From assembly GCA_028288405.1 (NCBI GenBank), contig JAQBNS010000034.1, positions 27,221 to 91,220 of the forward strand: a stretch of 64,000 nt of DNA. The letters run 5' to 3'. The translations under genes were made by a program, and so were the position numbers. The notes beneath the pieces are model-generated. The model saw only the letters and a program-made list of their open reading frames with translations, did not search any database and was not told where the DNA came from. Below are positions 9,859-18,758 of the stretch, piece after piece. How positions within the stretch are numbered: the stretch's first letter is position 1; the number at the start of each line of letters is the position of its first letter. Source of the stretch: Chitinophagaceae bacterium (GTDB lineage: Bacteria > Bacteroidota > Bacteroidia > Cytophagales > Cytophagaceae).

Positions 9859-9877
9859 TTTGTCTTAAATGCTTCGA

Positions 9878-11056
9878 TTAATTCTTATCAATGATAAGTT
9901 TCTCAGAAAACAACAATTGATTATTGGCATCAAATCCCTGAAGGATATACACGCCTTTGTTTACAGCGGATACATCAACGGTTGAGTTTTTTGTACTTTC
10001 ATTCAGTATGTTTTTACCCAATGTATTGTGAAGTTCTACACGTGTTGCAGCAGCATCAACAGTGATCGTTTGATGCGCAGGATTTGGGTAAAAAGCCAAA
10101 TTGCTATTCTGTCCGACACCATTTGATATACCCGTTACTCCTGAATAATCAGTTGCTTTATATATACCGTCACCTAAACCAAGATACATGTTTCCTCCCT
10201 TAGCAGCTATAACCGTTGACATGCTTTCAGACAACCCCGATACAGTCAATGTATTCCAATTGCCCCCTCCAAGCGATCTATATATTCTAACATTATAAGA
10301 AAAATCACCCGTATCAAAAAAGATACCCGTTGCAAAAATATTATCATGATCATCAATGACTACAGACTGCGGAACTATTGAGGGATCAAATCCGGTAGCT
10401 GCTAAACCGAAGTCAGAGTTAGTACCGCTGTTGGCACACTCATAGATACCAGCAGCACCATCTGTTGCCATATACATGGTCGTTCCCACCATTGAGATTA
10501 CGGCATACATACTGTTTGGCAAACCTGTAGTTGTTACTTCAGTCCAAGAACTACCTGCATTGGCAGAAGTATATAACTTAATAGTATAAGTAGAGTTGCC
10601 GCTATCAAAATAAACCGCCGTTACAAAAAGATTATTGTTGTCGTCGACCGATATGGATTGAGGGGCATACGTTGTAGCATAACCCGTTGCAGTCCATGTA
10701 GCACCGGCATCAGTAGATTTGTAAATGCTTGTATTCAGCCCCATAAATAAAACTGATCCATTCACTCCCAAACAAGTACTGACGAAACTGCCATCAGGTG
10801 TTGGAAGTCCGCTCATCGTAACTTCTGCCCAGTTCGCGCCGGCATTTGTAGACTTATACAACTTAGGGGTATAAGTAGGAGTAGGAGTAGCAGTGAAAGC
10901 TACCGTACTTACAAAAACATCGTTATTGTCTGTTATAGCGATACCACTAGGAGTCAATGAGGTATTATAACCGGTAGAAGACAAAGACCAGTTGCTCTGA
11001 GCAAAAGAAAAAAACGGAGCAAGGGCAAGCAATAATAGAATGTAAAGTTTTTTCAT
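9878..11056 (-). CDS. BNR/Asp-box repeat protein with T9SS type-A C-terminal sorting domain
   Basis: Signal peptide. Asp-box-like STNAGANW, STDAGATW and SANAGSSW. C-terminal FYPNPAHQTITV...GVYILQGF...LIIDKN. Confidence 0.75.
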   Translation of the reverse strand: MKKLYILLLLALAPFFSFAQSNWSLSSTGYNTSLTPSGIAITDNNDVFVSTVAFTATPTPTYTPKLYKSTNAGANWAEVTMSGLPTPDGSFVSTCLGVNGSVLFMGLNTSIYKSTDAGATWTATGYATTYAPQSISVDDNNNLFVTAVYFDSGNSTYTIKLYTSANAGSSWTEVTTTGLPNSMYAVISMVGTTMYMATDGAAGIYECANSGTNSDFGLAATGFDPSIVPQSVVIDDHDNIFATGIFFDTGDFSYNVRIYRSLGGGNWNTLTVSGLSESMSTVIAAKGGNMYLGLGDGIYKATDYSGVTGISNGVGQNSNLAFYPNPAHQTITVDAAATRVELHNTLGKNILNESTKNSTVDVSAVNKGVYILQGFDANNQLLFSEKLIIDKN

Positions 11057-11235
11057 AAAACGGGGGCTTAGTTATAGAGTAAGATGATGACATGACCAAA
11101 CTACCGAATAAACGCATCAATGAGAATACCTAAAAATGATGATTCATAAGAGATCAAATAAATTAAAAAAATCAGCTTCTTACCGTCTTTAATGCTTATT
11201 GAAACGTTTCACGCGGCTTTTTCATTTACTCTAAG

Positions 11236-11243
11236 TATCTTTG
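11236..11243 (+). promoter_or_regulatory. Bacteroidota -7 promoter motif TATCTTTG (TAnnTTTG)
   Basis: Exact match to the TAnnTTTG consensus, 18 nt upstream of ATG 11261. Confidence 0.4.
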
Positions 11244-11260
11244 TTTATTATCATGCTTTT

Positions 11261-11908
11261 ATGAAACAAACACTTTTTAAAATTCTGATTTTTTCTCTGT
11301 TGTTTTCTTCTTGTAAGAAAAAAGAAGATGTTCAAGTTGCAGATGAATTAAAATACAAAACTGATTTCTCAGAAGATGACCATACCTGGTATTCTGATGC
11401 AAGTCATCAATTGTTTCCGGTTGATGGATATTACAGAATGTCGCAATCGCAGGAAAACTATCAGAGCTGGGGCATTGCTCCTTATTCAACGATCAATTAT
11501 AATTATTCTATCAGTGCGGATGTAAAGCTTTATGTTACATACCCTCATTACGGAGGAATTGGACTTCTCTTTAACTATATAGATAATAATCATTACTGTG
11601 TTTATTATATTAGGAACGATGGTACTGTATATGTATTTAGAAAGCAAGGATCATCTTTTATCACTTTAGTGAAGCCTACTTATTCCGCAGCCATTAAAAT
11701 TGGTAGTGGACAAACCAATCATGTTGAAGTCAGACAATCCGGCTCTTCAGCCACTTTATATGTGAATGGGACAGGCATAGGCAGCTGCGAAGCACCAAGA
11801 GGGAATGGTTTAATATCTGCAGGTGTTGCTTTAACGACTTCTGCTTCTCCCTACTTTACACCTTTAACAGGTGATTTTGACAATGTCTCAATCAAAAAAA
11901 TTCAATAA
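11261..11908 (+). CDS. lipoprotein, concanavalin/LamG-like fold suspected (paralog 1)
   Basis: Start MKQTLFKILIFSLLFSSC with lipobox, then KKKED after the Cys. C-terminal GDFDNVSIKKIQ. Paralogous to the next gene. Confidence 0.65.
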   Translation: MKQTLFKILIFSLLFSSCKKKEDVQVADELKYKTDFSEDDHTWYSDASHQLFPVDGYYRMSQSQENYQSWGIAPYSTINYNYSISADVKLYVTYPHYGGIGLLFNYIDNNHYCVYYIRNDGTVYVFRKQGSSFITLVKPTYSAAIKIGSGQTNHVEVRQSGSSATLYVNGTGIGSCEAPRGNGLISAGVALTTSASPYFTPLTGDFDNVSIKKIQ

Positions 11909-11925
11909 TACTTATTTTTTAGTTT

Positions 11926-12582
11926 ATGAAATCAAACTTAATCATCCTTATATATTTATTCCTTTTCTTTAGTTGTAAAAAGAAAGAAGACGATCCTCAG
12001 CCGCCAAAGCCTGACGAAATCACTTACCAGACGGATTTTAGTGATCTTTCCTGGAATACGTACTCGAATACGAGGTATACTTCTTCCTATGAATCCGAAT
12101 CATACAAAATCAGATTAGACACTACCAATTGGATGGCTGATGAATTTGCTCCTTATGTAGATCAACTGGACTATACATACTACATGCAAGTAGACGTAAA
12201 GTTTTCTTTAGACAATGACACTAAACTTGCGCATGCTGGATTCAGCTATAATTATGTTGATACCGCTAACTACTGCATCATGAGCATTTGCACTAACGGA
12301 ACTTTCTATGCTTATCAAAAAACAAACAGTCAGTTTAAAATATTATTTTATAACACTGTATCGAAAGATTTGATAAAAGGATCTGAACAAACCAATACTA
12401 TTGCTCTACGGCAATATGAGAATTCTCAGGAAATTTTTTTTAATGGGGTTTCACAAGGCAACTTGCCTTTTGCAAAGGAACGCGGTTATAGAAAAGTAGG
12501 TCTTTGTGTTCTTGCTGATCAACAACTTTATACACCCTTCAGTACTACATTTGACAACTTTGTAATCAAAAAAATCTATTGA
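11926..12582 (+). CDS. lipoprotein, concanavalin/LamG-like fold suspected (paralog 2)
   Basis: MKSNLIILIYLFLFFSC-KKKEDD. Shares Y(K/Q)TDFS, NY(I/V)D..(H/N)YC and FDN(V/F)xIKKI with the upstream gene. Confidence 0.65.
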   Translation: MKSNLIILIYLFLFFSCKKKEDDPQPPKPDEITYQTDFSDLSWNTYSNTRYTSSYESESYKIRLDTTNWMADEFAPYVDQLDYTYYMQVDVKFSLDNDTKLAHAGFSYNYVDTANYCIMSICTNGTFYAYQKTNSQFKILFYNTVSKDLIKGSEQTNTIALRQYENSQEIFFNGVSQGNLPFAKERGYRKVGLCVLADQQLYTPFSTTFDNFVIKKIY

Positions 12583-13238
12583 CACAGAAAAGTTTTTTTA
12601 TACTGTACTTATTGACTGTATCATTTGTCCTGAGAGGTCAAACAGTGAGTGATTCGCTGACTTCCGCGTCTATCGACAGCGTCATCAATCACATCCGTTC
12701 AGATAAAACAAAATTGATTCTGACAAAAACAGGAGGGCTTATCATAGACTCTGCCCTATTCAAGAAAGTATCTTATACTCCGAACAAGAAAAAAGTTAAA
12801 ATCACTTTTGCAGATTATACAAGCATAACCGTAAAGGCCGATGACTTCTGGGGATTAGTGACTGACTTCGGTCAATGCCAGCGTTTTTACAATGGAGAAA
12901 CGTATATCGTCTGGCATACGAAAGCTCCTTATATCTACAGAGACTACGCCGCTTCTGACCGTAAGATCAAATACTTTTACAGTAAAACATTACTCAGTGA
13001 GGTTATTCCTTTGACGAAAGAAAACATATATGAAATCGCGGATGCGAAAACGATAGAGCAATTACAAGCCTATCTAAAAACACACGATATAGAAAAATCA
13101 AAAGATGGTGGGCCTAACCTACCGGCAGAAGTTCATTTTTTCGAAGATGCAGAATGGTTTACGCCTAGTGATTTCTTTATGTTCCACGCGCAAATAGCCT
13201 GGGCGATCTTGGAGATTCTTATGTGTAAGAATAAATAA
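12579..13238 (+). CDS. hypothetical secreted protein
   Basis: TTG start overlapping the upstream stop by 4 nt. N-terminal hydrophobic signal-like segment. No recognised domain. Confidence 0.45.
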   Translation: MTQKSFFILYLLTVSFVLRGQTVSDSLTSASIDSVINHIRSDKTKLILTKTGGLIIDSALFKKVSYTPNKKKVKITFADYTSITVKADDFWGLVTDFGQCQRFYNGETYIVWHTKAPYIYRDYAASDRKIKYFYSKTLLSEVIPLTKENIYEIADAKTIEQLQAYLKTHDIEKSKDGGPNLPAEVHFFEDAEWFTPSDFFMFHAQIAWAILEILMCKNK

Positions 13239-13240
13239 AA

Positions 13241-13963
13241 TTACCTGTTCTCCGAAATAAAATGCTCTAACGCATTTAACGTAATCTGCTCTTCCAACAA
13301 AGCCTTCGCAAACACCGCTCCCTTTAATCCTGCGTCTTGTAACTTTTTAATATCGTCTAATGATTTGATACCCGTGGCAGCAATAAAGTTGATCTCCGGA
13401 TATTGCTCTATCAATGGTTCATAGCGCGTAATCGCTTTATCTACAGACCAGCCGTGCATCGCGCATTTGATGGTTTTTACCCCTTGCTCAGAAAAATAGT
13501 CGACCACCTGTTCCAGTTCTGTTTCCGCAATTTGTCCGTGTTGACGGTACAATACTTTGCCTTCAATAATATCCAGACTCAAGACAATTTTTGCCGGAGT
13601 AAAGGTCACCATCCAGGAACTAAAAATCTCCTGATTAAACTCCATCACAGAAGCAGCCAGTATGCGGTCTGCGCCATGTTCAAAAGCCAGACGCAGATCC
13701 GCTTCTTTTTGTATGCCTCCTCCGAAATCTACTTTAAGAGAAGTGAAACCTGAAATTTTTTCCAATGCATCCGTATCCACTACTTTACGTAGCTCCAGTC
13801 CTTCCACATCCGTCAGCACGATGCGTTGAATGCCTGCATCCTCCAGTTTCATGGCCCAATCCAGGGGATCATGATTGTAAAGCACCAGGTCATTGGGATT
13901 GTATCCATTGATGCGCACTACTTTTTTATACTTTACCGAAATAGCAGGGATGAGCTCTATCAT
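13241..13963 (-). CDS. HisA-like (beta/alpha)8-barrel protein, divergent (His_biosynth fold), last gene of the trp operon
   Basis: Aligns by eye to HisA (IPAI.., DVEG, GGGI, SLDI, ATGI.. phosphate-binding loops). It is 12 nt downstream of trpA. The N-terminal catalytic Asp position reads Ser (IPAISV). Confidence 0.7.
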   Translation of the reverse strand: MIELIPAISVKYKKVVRINGYNPNDLVLYNHDPLDWAMKLEDAGIQRIVLTDVEGLELRKVVDTDALEKISGFTSLKVDFGGGIQKEADLRLAFEHGADRILAASVMEFNQEIFSSWMVTFTPAKIVLSLDIIEGKVLYRQHGQIAETELEQVVDYFSEQGVKTIKCAMHGWSVDKAITRYEPLIEQYPEINFIAATGIKSLDDIKKLQDAGLKGAVFAKALLEEQITLNALEHFISENR

Positions 13964-13975
13964 GGCTTTAGGGTT

Positions 13976-14770
13976 TTATCCTTGTTTCACAAAAGATACA
14001 AATTCTTTGATGTCTTTTTCCAACAAATGGCTATTTCCTAGCATTTTTATAAAGGCACTACCGATAATAGCGCCGTTGGCATATTTACAAGCTTCAGTAT
14101 ACGATGCATGATCTTTGATGTTGAAACCGATCATCGTAGGATTGTTGAATTTTGCTTTTTTGATGCGTTCGAAATATTCTTTTTGCCCATCCAGATCTTT
14201 CGCTTCATTCCCCGTCGTGCTGGCTGTAGAGACTACGTAAATAAAGCCGGAAGAAGCCTCATCAATGTATTTCAAACGTTCTGTAGATGTTTGTGGCGTC
14301 ACCAAAAACACCATCGATAAATTATTCGCTTCAAATAGTTCCTGGTATTTTTCTTTGTATTCGTCTATTGGCAAATCAGGCAAGATCATTCCATCCACAC
14401 CCAGTTCGCCCAAATCTGCTGCCAGTTTTTCTACACCATATTGTAAGGCCGAATTGATATACCCCATCAACAACACAGGAATGTGAATTTCATCACGCAT
14501 ACCGTGCAACTGCTGAATGATTTTCTTCAACGTGATGCCATTCTGTAATGCCGCATCATTGCTTTCCTGTATCGTAGGTCCATCTGCCAGAGGATCAGAA
14601 AATGGAATCCCGATCTCCACCATGTCCGCTCCCCCGTCCTGCAAGGCTTTCAGGATGGTACGTGTGTCTTCCAATTGAGGATATCCAGCGGTGAAGTAAA
14701 TGTTCAACAGCCCTTCCTTCTTTGTCGCAAAAAGCTGCGTCAGTTTGTTGTTAATATTAGTGCTTGTCAT
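13976..14770 (-). CDS. trpA: tryptophan synthase alpha chain
   Basis: Typical TrpA sequence (YFTAGYP, EIGIPFSDPLADGPTIQ, GFGI-like region) in trp operon context. Confidence 0.95.
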   Translation of the reverse strand: MTSTNINNKLTQLFATKKEGLLNIYFTAGYPQLEDTRTILKALQDGGADMVEIGIPFSDPLADGPTIQESNDAALQNGITLKKIIQQLHGMRDEIHIPVLLMGYINSALQYGVEKLAADLGELGVDGMILPDLPIDEYKEKYQELFEANNLSMVFLVTPQTSTERLKYIDEASSGFIYVVSTASTTGNEAKDLDGQKEYFERIKKAKFNNPTMIGFNIKDHASYTEACKYANGAIIGSAFIKMLGNSHLLEKDIKEFVSFVKQG

Positions 14771-14807
14771 GGGTTCAAATTTAATTTCTTTACTTCTTTA
14801 TATTATT

Positions 14808-14866
14808 AGGGACGAGCCAGGAGCTAGGAGGGACGACTAATTGTTCGTACCTCCTAGCTCGTCCCT
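14808..14866. repeat. R1 palindromic repeat inside the trpB-trpA spacer
   Basis: Arm GGGACGA-GCCAGGA-GCTAGGA-GGGACG (14808-14835) and partly complementary arm cgtacctcctagctcgtccct (14846-14866). Confidence 0.8.
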
Positions 14867-14871
14867 CTTAA

Positions 14872-16122
14872 CTATTTAGTGAATTCATCTTTACGTGTGA
14901 TGTACGTCATCATGTCTTTATCTCCTCTGCCTGACAAATTAATGACCACCACATCGTCCTTCTTAATCGGCAGATTTTCCAACACAGCAACTGCATGTGC
15001 TGACTCTAAGGCAGGAATAATGCCTTCTGTGCGACTCAACAACATTGCGGCATTGAAAGCTTCACCATCCGTGATGCTATAAAATTTCGCACGACCGGTT
15101 TCAAATAAGTTCGCATGCATTGGTCCAATACCCGGATAATCCAATCCTGCTGAGATGGAATAAGGTTCTGTAATTTGTCCATCTTCGGTTTGCATCAATA
15201 AAGTCCTGGAGCCATGGATAACACCCGGTTTTCCAAGAAAAGTAGTGGCCGCCGAATGTCCTGAATACACCCCTTGTCCCGCAGCTTCTACGGCGATCAG
15301 ATTAACACTTGCTTCATTCAGATAATGATAAAATGCCCCAGCCGCATTACTTCCTCCTCCTACACAAGCGATCACATAATCCGGATTGGGAGAGCCGGTC
15401 TTATCAATCAGTTGATCCTTGATCTCCTCGGAAATAATGGATTGAAAACGTGCCACCAGATCTGGATATGGATGTGGCCCTACAACAGAACCGATGATGT
15501 AATGAGTATCAACAGGATTATTGATCCAATCGCGGATTGCTTCGTTCGTCGCATCTTTCAATGTCTTACTTCCTGAATTAGCAGGACGAACAGTTGCTCC
15601 TAGCATTTTCATACGCTCGACATTGGGTTTTTGACGTTCCATGTCGATCGCTCCCATGTATACAACACACTCCATACCCATCAAGGCACAAACTGTAGCC
15701 GTAGCTACTCCATGCTGACCGGCACCTGTTTCCGCGATGATGCGCGTTTTGCCTAAACGGCGCGCCAATAAAATTTGTCCAATAGTATTGTTGATCTTGT
15801 GTGCACCGGTATGACACAAATCTTCTCGTTTCAGGTAAATGGTACTCTTATATTTTTCTGACAAACGTTTAGCCAAATATAAAGGTGTTGGACGGCCCAC
15901 ATAGTCGCGCAGCAAGTCCTCCATTTCAGCCTTGAAACCTTCTTCCTGTATAATATCCAGGTAACGGTTTCTCAATTCTTCTACATTAGGAACTAACATT
16001 TCAGGGATATATGCACCACCGAAATTTCCGTAAAATCCTTTTTTGTCTACTTGGTAATTCATATACAGGTATGCTCCTTGACCCAACAGGTCTTTTTTTT
16101 CTTCGTGAATACTCATAGCCAT
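14872..16122 (-). CDS. trpB: tryptophan synthase beta chain
   Basis: [18 protein letters not shown] and GGGSNA motifs. ATG at 16122 overlaps the trpF stop by 1 nt (TAATG). An alternative start MNYQVDKKG at 16062 is also plausible. Confidence 0.95.
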   Translation of the reverse strand: MAMSIHEEKKDLLGQGAYLYMNYQVDKKGFYGNFGGAYIPEMLVPNVEELRNRYLDIIQEEGFKAEMEDLLRDYVGRPTPLYLAKRLSEKYKSTIYLKREDLCHTGAHKINNTIGQILLARRLGKTRIIAETGAGQHGVATATVCALMGMECVVYMGAIDMERQKPNVERMKMLGATVRPANSGSKTLKDATNEAIRDWINNPVDTHYIIGSVVGPHPYPDLVARFQSIISEEIKDQLIDKTGSPNPDYVIACVGGGSNAAGAFYHYLNEASVNLIAVEAAGQGVYSGHSAATTFLGKPGVIHGSRTLLMQTEDGQITEPYSISAGLDYPGIGPMHANLFETGRAKFYSITDGEAFNAAMLLSRTEGIIPALESAHAVAVLENLPIKKDDVVVINLSGRGDKDMMTYITRKDEFTK

Positions 16123-16763
16123 TAACTCGTTAGTTTTTCTTTAAATTCTTTTACCTTTTCAATATCCTTTAAGCCCGGACTTATTTCGAAGCGACTGTTG
16201 ACATCGATGGCCCAGAGTGGCTTGTCTAATACAAATTCCGGAATGGGTAATTGTTCGATACCGATTCCTCCGCTTAAGAAAAATGGTTTGCTGGAAGGAT
16301 AGTCTTTCAATAAATTCCAGTCAAACAGCCGGCCCGTTCCTCCCCATGAAGCGTCTGCGGTATCGAAAAGAAAATAATCGCAGACTTCTTCGTAACGCTC
16401 CAATACTTTCCATCCTATTGCAGAGCCTACATGCACTACTTTGATCACCTGCAAACCGAAGGTTTTCAGTTCGGCGCATAACTCAGGCGATTCTTCGCCA
16501 TGTAATTGTACTGCTTTTAAATCATAATGCTGTGTGATTTTCTTGATCTCTTGTACACTTTCATTGACAAAGACACCCGTCTTCATGATGCTCGCCGGTA
16601 ATGATGCCAAAACTTTTGCATCCAGCATCTCACCTGCGTAACGCTTGGAAGGACCATAGAATATAAACCCCATGTAATCGGGCAAAAGCTTCGCCAGCTC
16701 GAGAATGTTTTCACTCTCGCGCATGCCGCAGACTTTTAGCTTTATTTCTCTATTATTTTTCAT
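16122..16763 (-). CDS. trpF: phosphoribosylanthranilate isomerase
   Basis: LKVCGM..., QLHG.E and FLSGGI motifs in operon context. Confidence 0.9.
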   Translation of the reverse strand: MKNNREIKLKVCGMRESENILELAKLLPDYMGFIFYGPSKRYAGEMLDAKVLASLPASIMKTGVFVNESVQEIKKITQHYDLKAVQLHGEESPELCAELKTFGLQVIKVVHVGSAIGWKVLERYEEVCDYFLFDTADASWGGTGRLFDWNLLKDYPSSKPFFLSGGIGIEQLPIPEFVLDKPLWAIDVNSRFEISPGLKDIEKVKEFKEKLTS

Positions 16764-16776
16764 TCTGTCTTTCTGA

Positions 16777-16952
16777 CCCCTAATCCCCTAAAGGGGACTT
16801 AGGTTATTATTTATTTTTTTTACTACAGAGATTGTGTCCCTACCGGGACACCTACATTATCCGCCCTATGTTCCACTCATCGCAGAGCGATGTAATGTCT
16901 ATAACATTCATCTTTACTCTATTTTTTAAGTCCCCTTTAGGGGATTTAGGGG
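16777..16952. mobile_element. R2 MITE-like element (terminal inverted repeats CCCCTAA(A)TCCCCTAAAGGGGACTT) in the trpC-trpF spacer
   Basis: Inverted repeats at 16777-16800 and 16928-16952. AT-rich interior with small hairpins (gtgtccctaccgggacac). No ORF. Confidence 0.6.
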
Positions 16953-16962
16953 CGAAGGAGTT

Positions 16963-17757
16963 TTACTTCAAAGCTTCGTAACGTTTCACAAACTCCGCCA
17001 TCGCTTTCCCTGGATCTTGTTCTTTCATGAAACGCTCTCCCATCAGAAAGCCCTTGAATCCTGCCTTACCGAGGGTGATCAAATCTTCCGGAGCATCTAA
17101 ACCGCTTTCTGAAATTTTGATGTAACGGTTCGGTATTAATTCTGCCAACTCTAATGAATTATTAATGCTGACTTCAAATGTTTTCAAATTACGGTTGTTG
17201 ACTCCAATCACATCCACTTCATCGATCAGGTTGCTTAACAATTCTTCTTTATTATGAACTTCCAACAAAACTTCAAGATCCAATGAGTGCGCAAACTTTG
17301 CCAATCGTTGCACTTCCTCAGGCGTCAGGCAAGCAGCAATCAATAAGATAATATTCGCTCCCCAGGCTTTGGCTTCCAAAATCTGATACTCATCAATCAT
17401 GAAATCTTTGCGTAACAAAGGAATGTTCACCGCTTGGCGTGCCGCTTTCAAATCTTCTTCCGCTCCAAAAAAGAAATCCTTGTCCGTCAATACCGAACAA
17501 GCAGATGCGCCGGCCAGTTCGTAACCTTTCGTCACGATCTCTGGCTTTACTTTATCATTGATGATTCCTTTAGAAGGAGATCCCTTTTTAAATTCAGCAA
17601 TGATGCCTGTTTTATTCAGAGCCGTCAAATGCTGCTTCAGCGAAAGATTGGCCAATCCCGGATGGATCAATTTCTCCAATTGAGCAGTGCTCACTTTCGT
17701 TTTGGCTTCCGCGACTTCTATTTTTTTGCGGTCAATGATTTTATCGAGTACGCTCAT
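16963..17757 (-). CDS. trpC: indole-3-glycerol phosphate synthase
   Basis: IAEFKKGSPSKG, LRKDF and GVNNRNL motifs. Confidence 0.95.
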   Translation of the reverse strand: MSVLDKIIDRKKIEVAEAKTKVSTAQLEKLIHPGLANLSLKQHLTALNKTGIIAEFKKGSPSKGIINDKVKPEIVTKGYELAGASACSVLTDKDFFFGAEEDLKAARQAVNIPLLRKDFMIDEYQILEAKAWGANIILLIAACLTPEEVQRLAKFAHSLDLEVLLEVHNKEELLSNLIDEVDVIGVNNRNLKTFEVSINNSLELAELIPNRYIKISESGLDAPEDLITLGKAGFKGFLMGERFMKEQDPGKAMAEFVKRYEALK

Positions 17758-17759
17758 GA

Positions 17760-18755
17760 TTATGCGTTGTTGTCCATTAATATTTTGAAAGCTTCGTAGG
17801 CTTTACCTGATTGTATCGATTCGCGGGCAATTTCTACGGCATCCAACATGCTTGTTCCCGGTTTGGCGCACACGATAGCCGCGGCGGCATTGGCCAGCGT
17901 GACGTCGTTTTGTGCTTTCGTTCCCTTATTTTGTATGATGTTCAAGAAAATGTGTGCGCTTTCTTCCACGTTGCTACCACTCTTGATTTCATCGTGTACA
18001 AACGTATTCATACCTAAATCCTGCGGTGTATAAATATGTTCTCCCCGATTCGTAATCAGTTTGAACGGCGCTGTCAATGAAATTTCATCGTAGGTATCCA
18101 ATGAATGGGCGATGCAATATCTTTTATCTGTTTCCGCATAAATATAACCGTACAAACGAGCCAACTCCAGACTGAATACACCCACCATCTGTTTTTTCAC
18201 AAAAGCCGGATTAATCATCGGTCCCAGCATGTTGAAGAATGTTTTTACACCAAGTTCCCTGCGAATCGGAGCCACATTTTTCATGGCCGGATGAAACAAT
18301 GGGGCATGCAGGATACAGACTTTTGACCGCTCGATTTGTTTCTTCAGTACATCGATGTCATTGGTAAACTTATAACCCAGAAATTCCATGACATTCGAAG
18401 AGCCTACCGGAGAAGACACGCCATAATTGCCATGCTTGGCCACATATATACCGGCACCCGCAGCTACAAAAGAAACGGTAGTGGAAATATTGAACGTGCT
18501 TTTTCCATCGCCACCTGTTCCGCACAAATCCATCGGATCAAATTCTGCCACCGGCACAGGAATACACAATTCCAGCATCGCATCACGGAAACCTGCCATT
18601 TCATTTACCGTTACACTGCGCATCATGAAAACGGTCATGAATGCTGTCGTTTGAGAAGGATTGATTTCTCCTCTCGCTATGCGGAGCATGGCTGTCTTCG
18701 CATCTGCTCTGCTCAGTGTTTTATGTTCGATCAGTTGTTGTAAAACCTCTTTCAT
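17760..18755 (-). CDS. trpD: anthranilate phosphoribosyltransferase
   Basis: CGTGGDG..TFNIST and KHGN motifs. Confidence 0.95.
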   Translation of the reverse strand: MKEVLQQLIEHKTLSRADAKTAMLRIARGEINPSQTTAFMTVFMMRSVTVNEMAGFRDAMLELCIPVPVAEFDPMDLCGTGGDGKSTFNISTTVSFVAAGAGIYVAKHGNYGVSSPVGSSNVMEFLGYKFTNDIDVLKKQIERSKVCILHAPLFHPAMKNVAPIRRELGVKTFFNMLGPMINPAFVKKQMVGVFSLELARLYGYIYAETDKRYCIAHSLDTYDEISLTAPFKLITNRGEHIYTPQDLGMNTFVHDEIKSGSNVEESAHIFLNIIQNKGTKAQNDVTLANAAAAIVCAKPGTSMLDAVEIARESIQSGKAYEAFKILMDNNA

Positions 18756-18758
18756 GGC

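Noticed and set aside
16062-16122. Twenty-codon N-terminal extension of trpB, possibly non-coding
   Set aside because: Not rejected outright. The ATG at 16122 overlaps the trpF stop (TAATG coupling), which favours it, but MNYQVDKKG at 16062 matches typical TrpB N-termini. It is kept as start-site uncertainty rather than reported as a finding.
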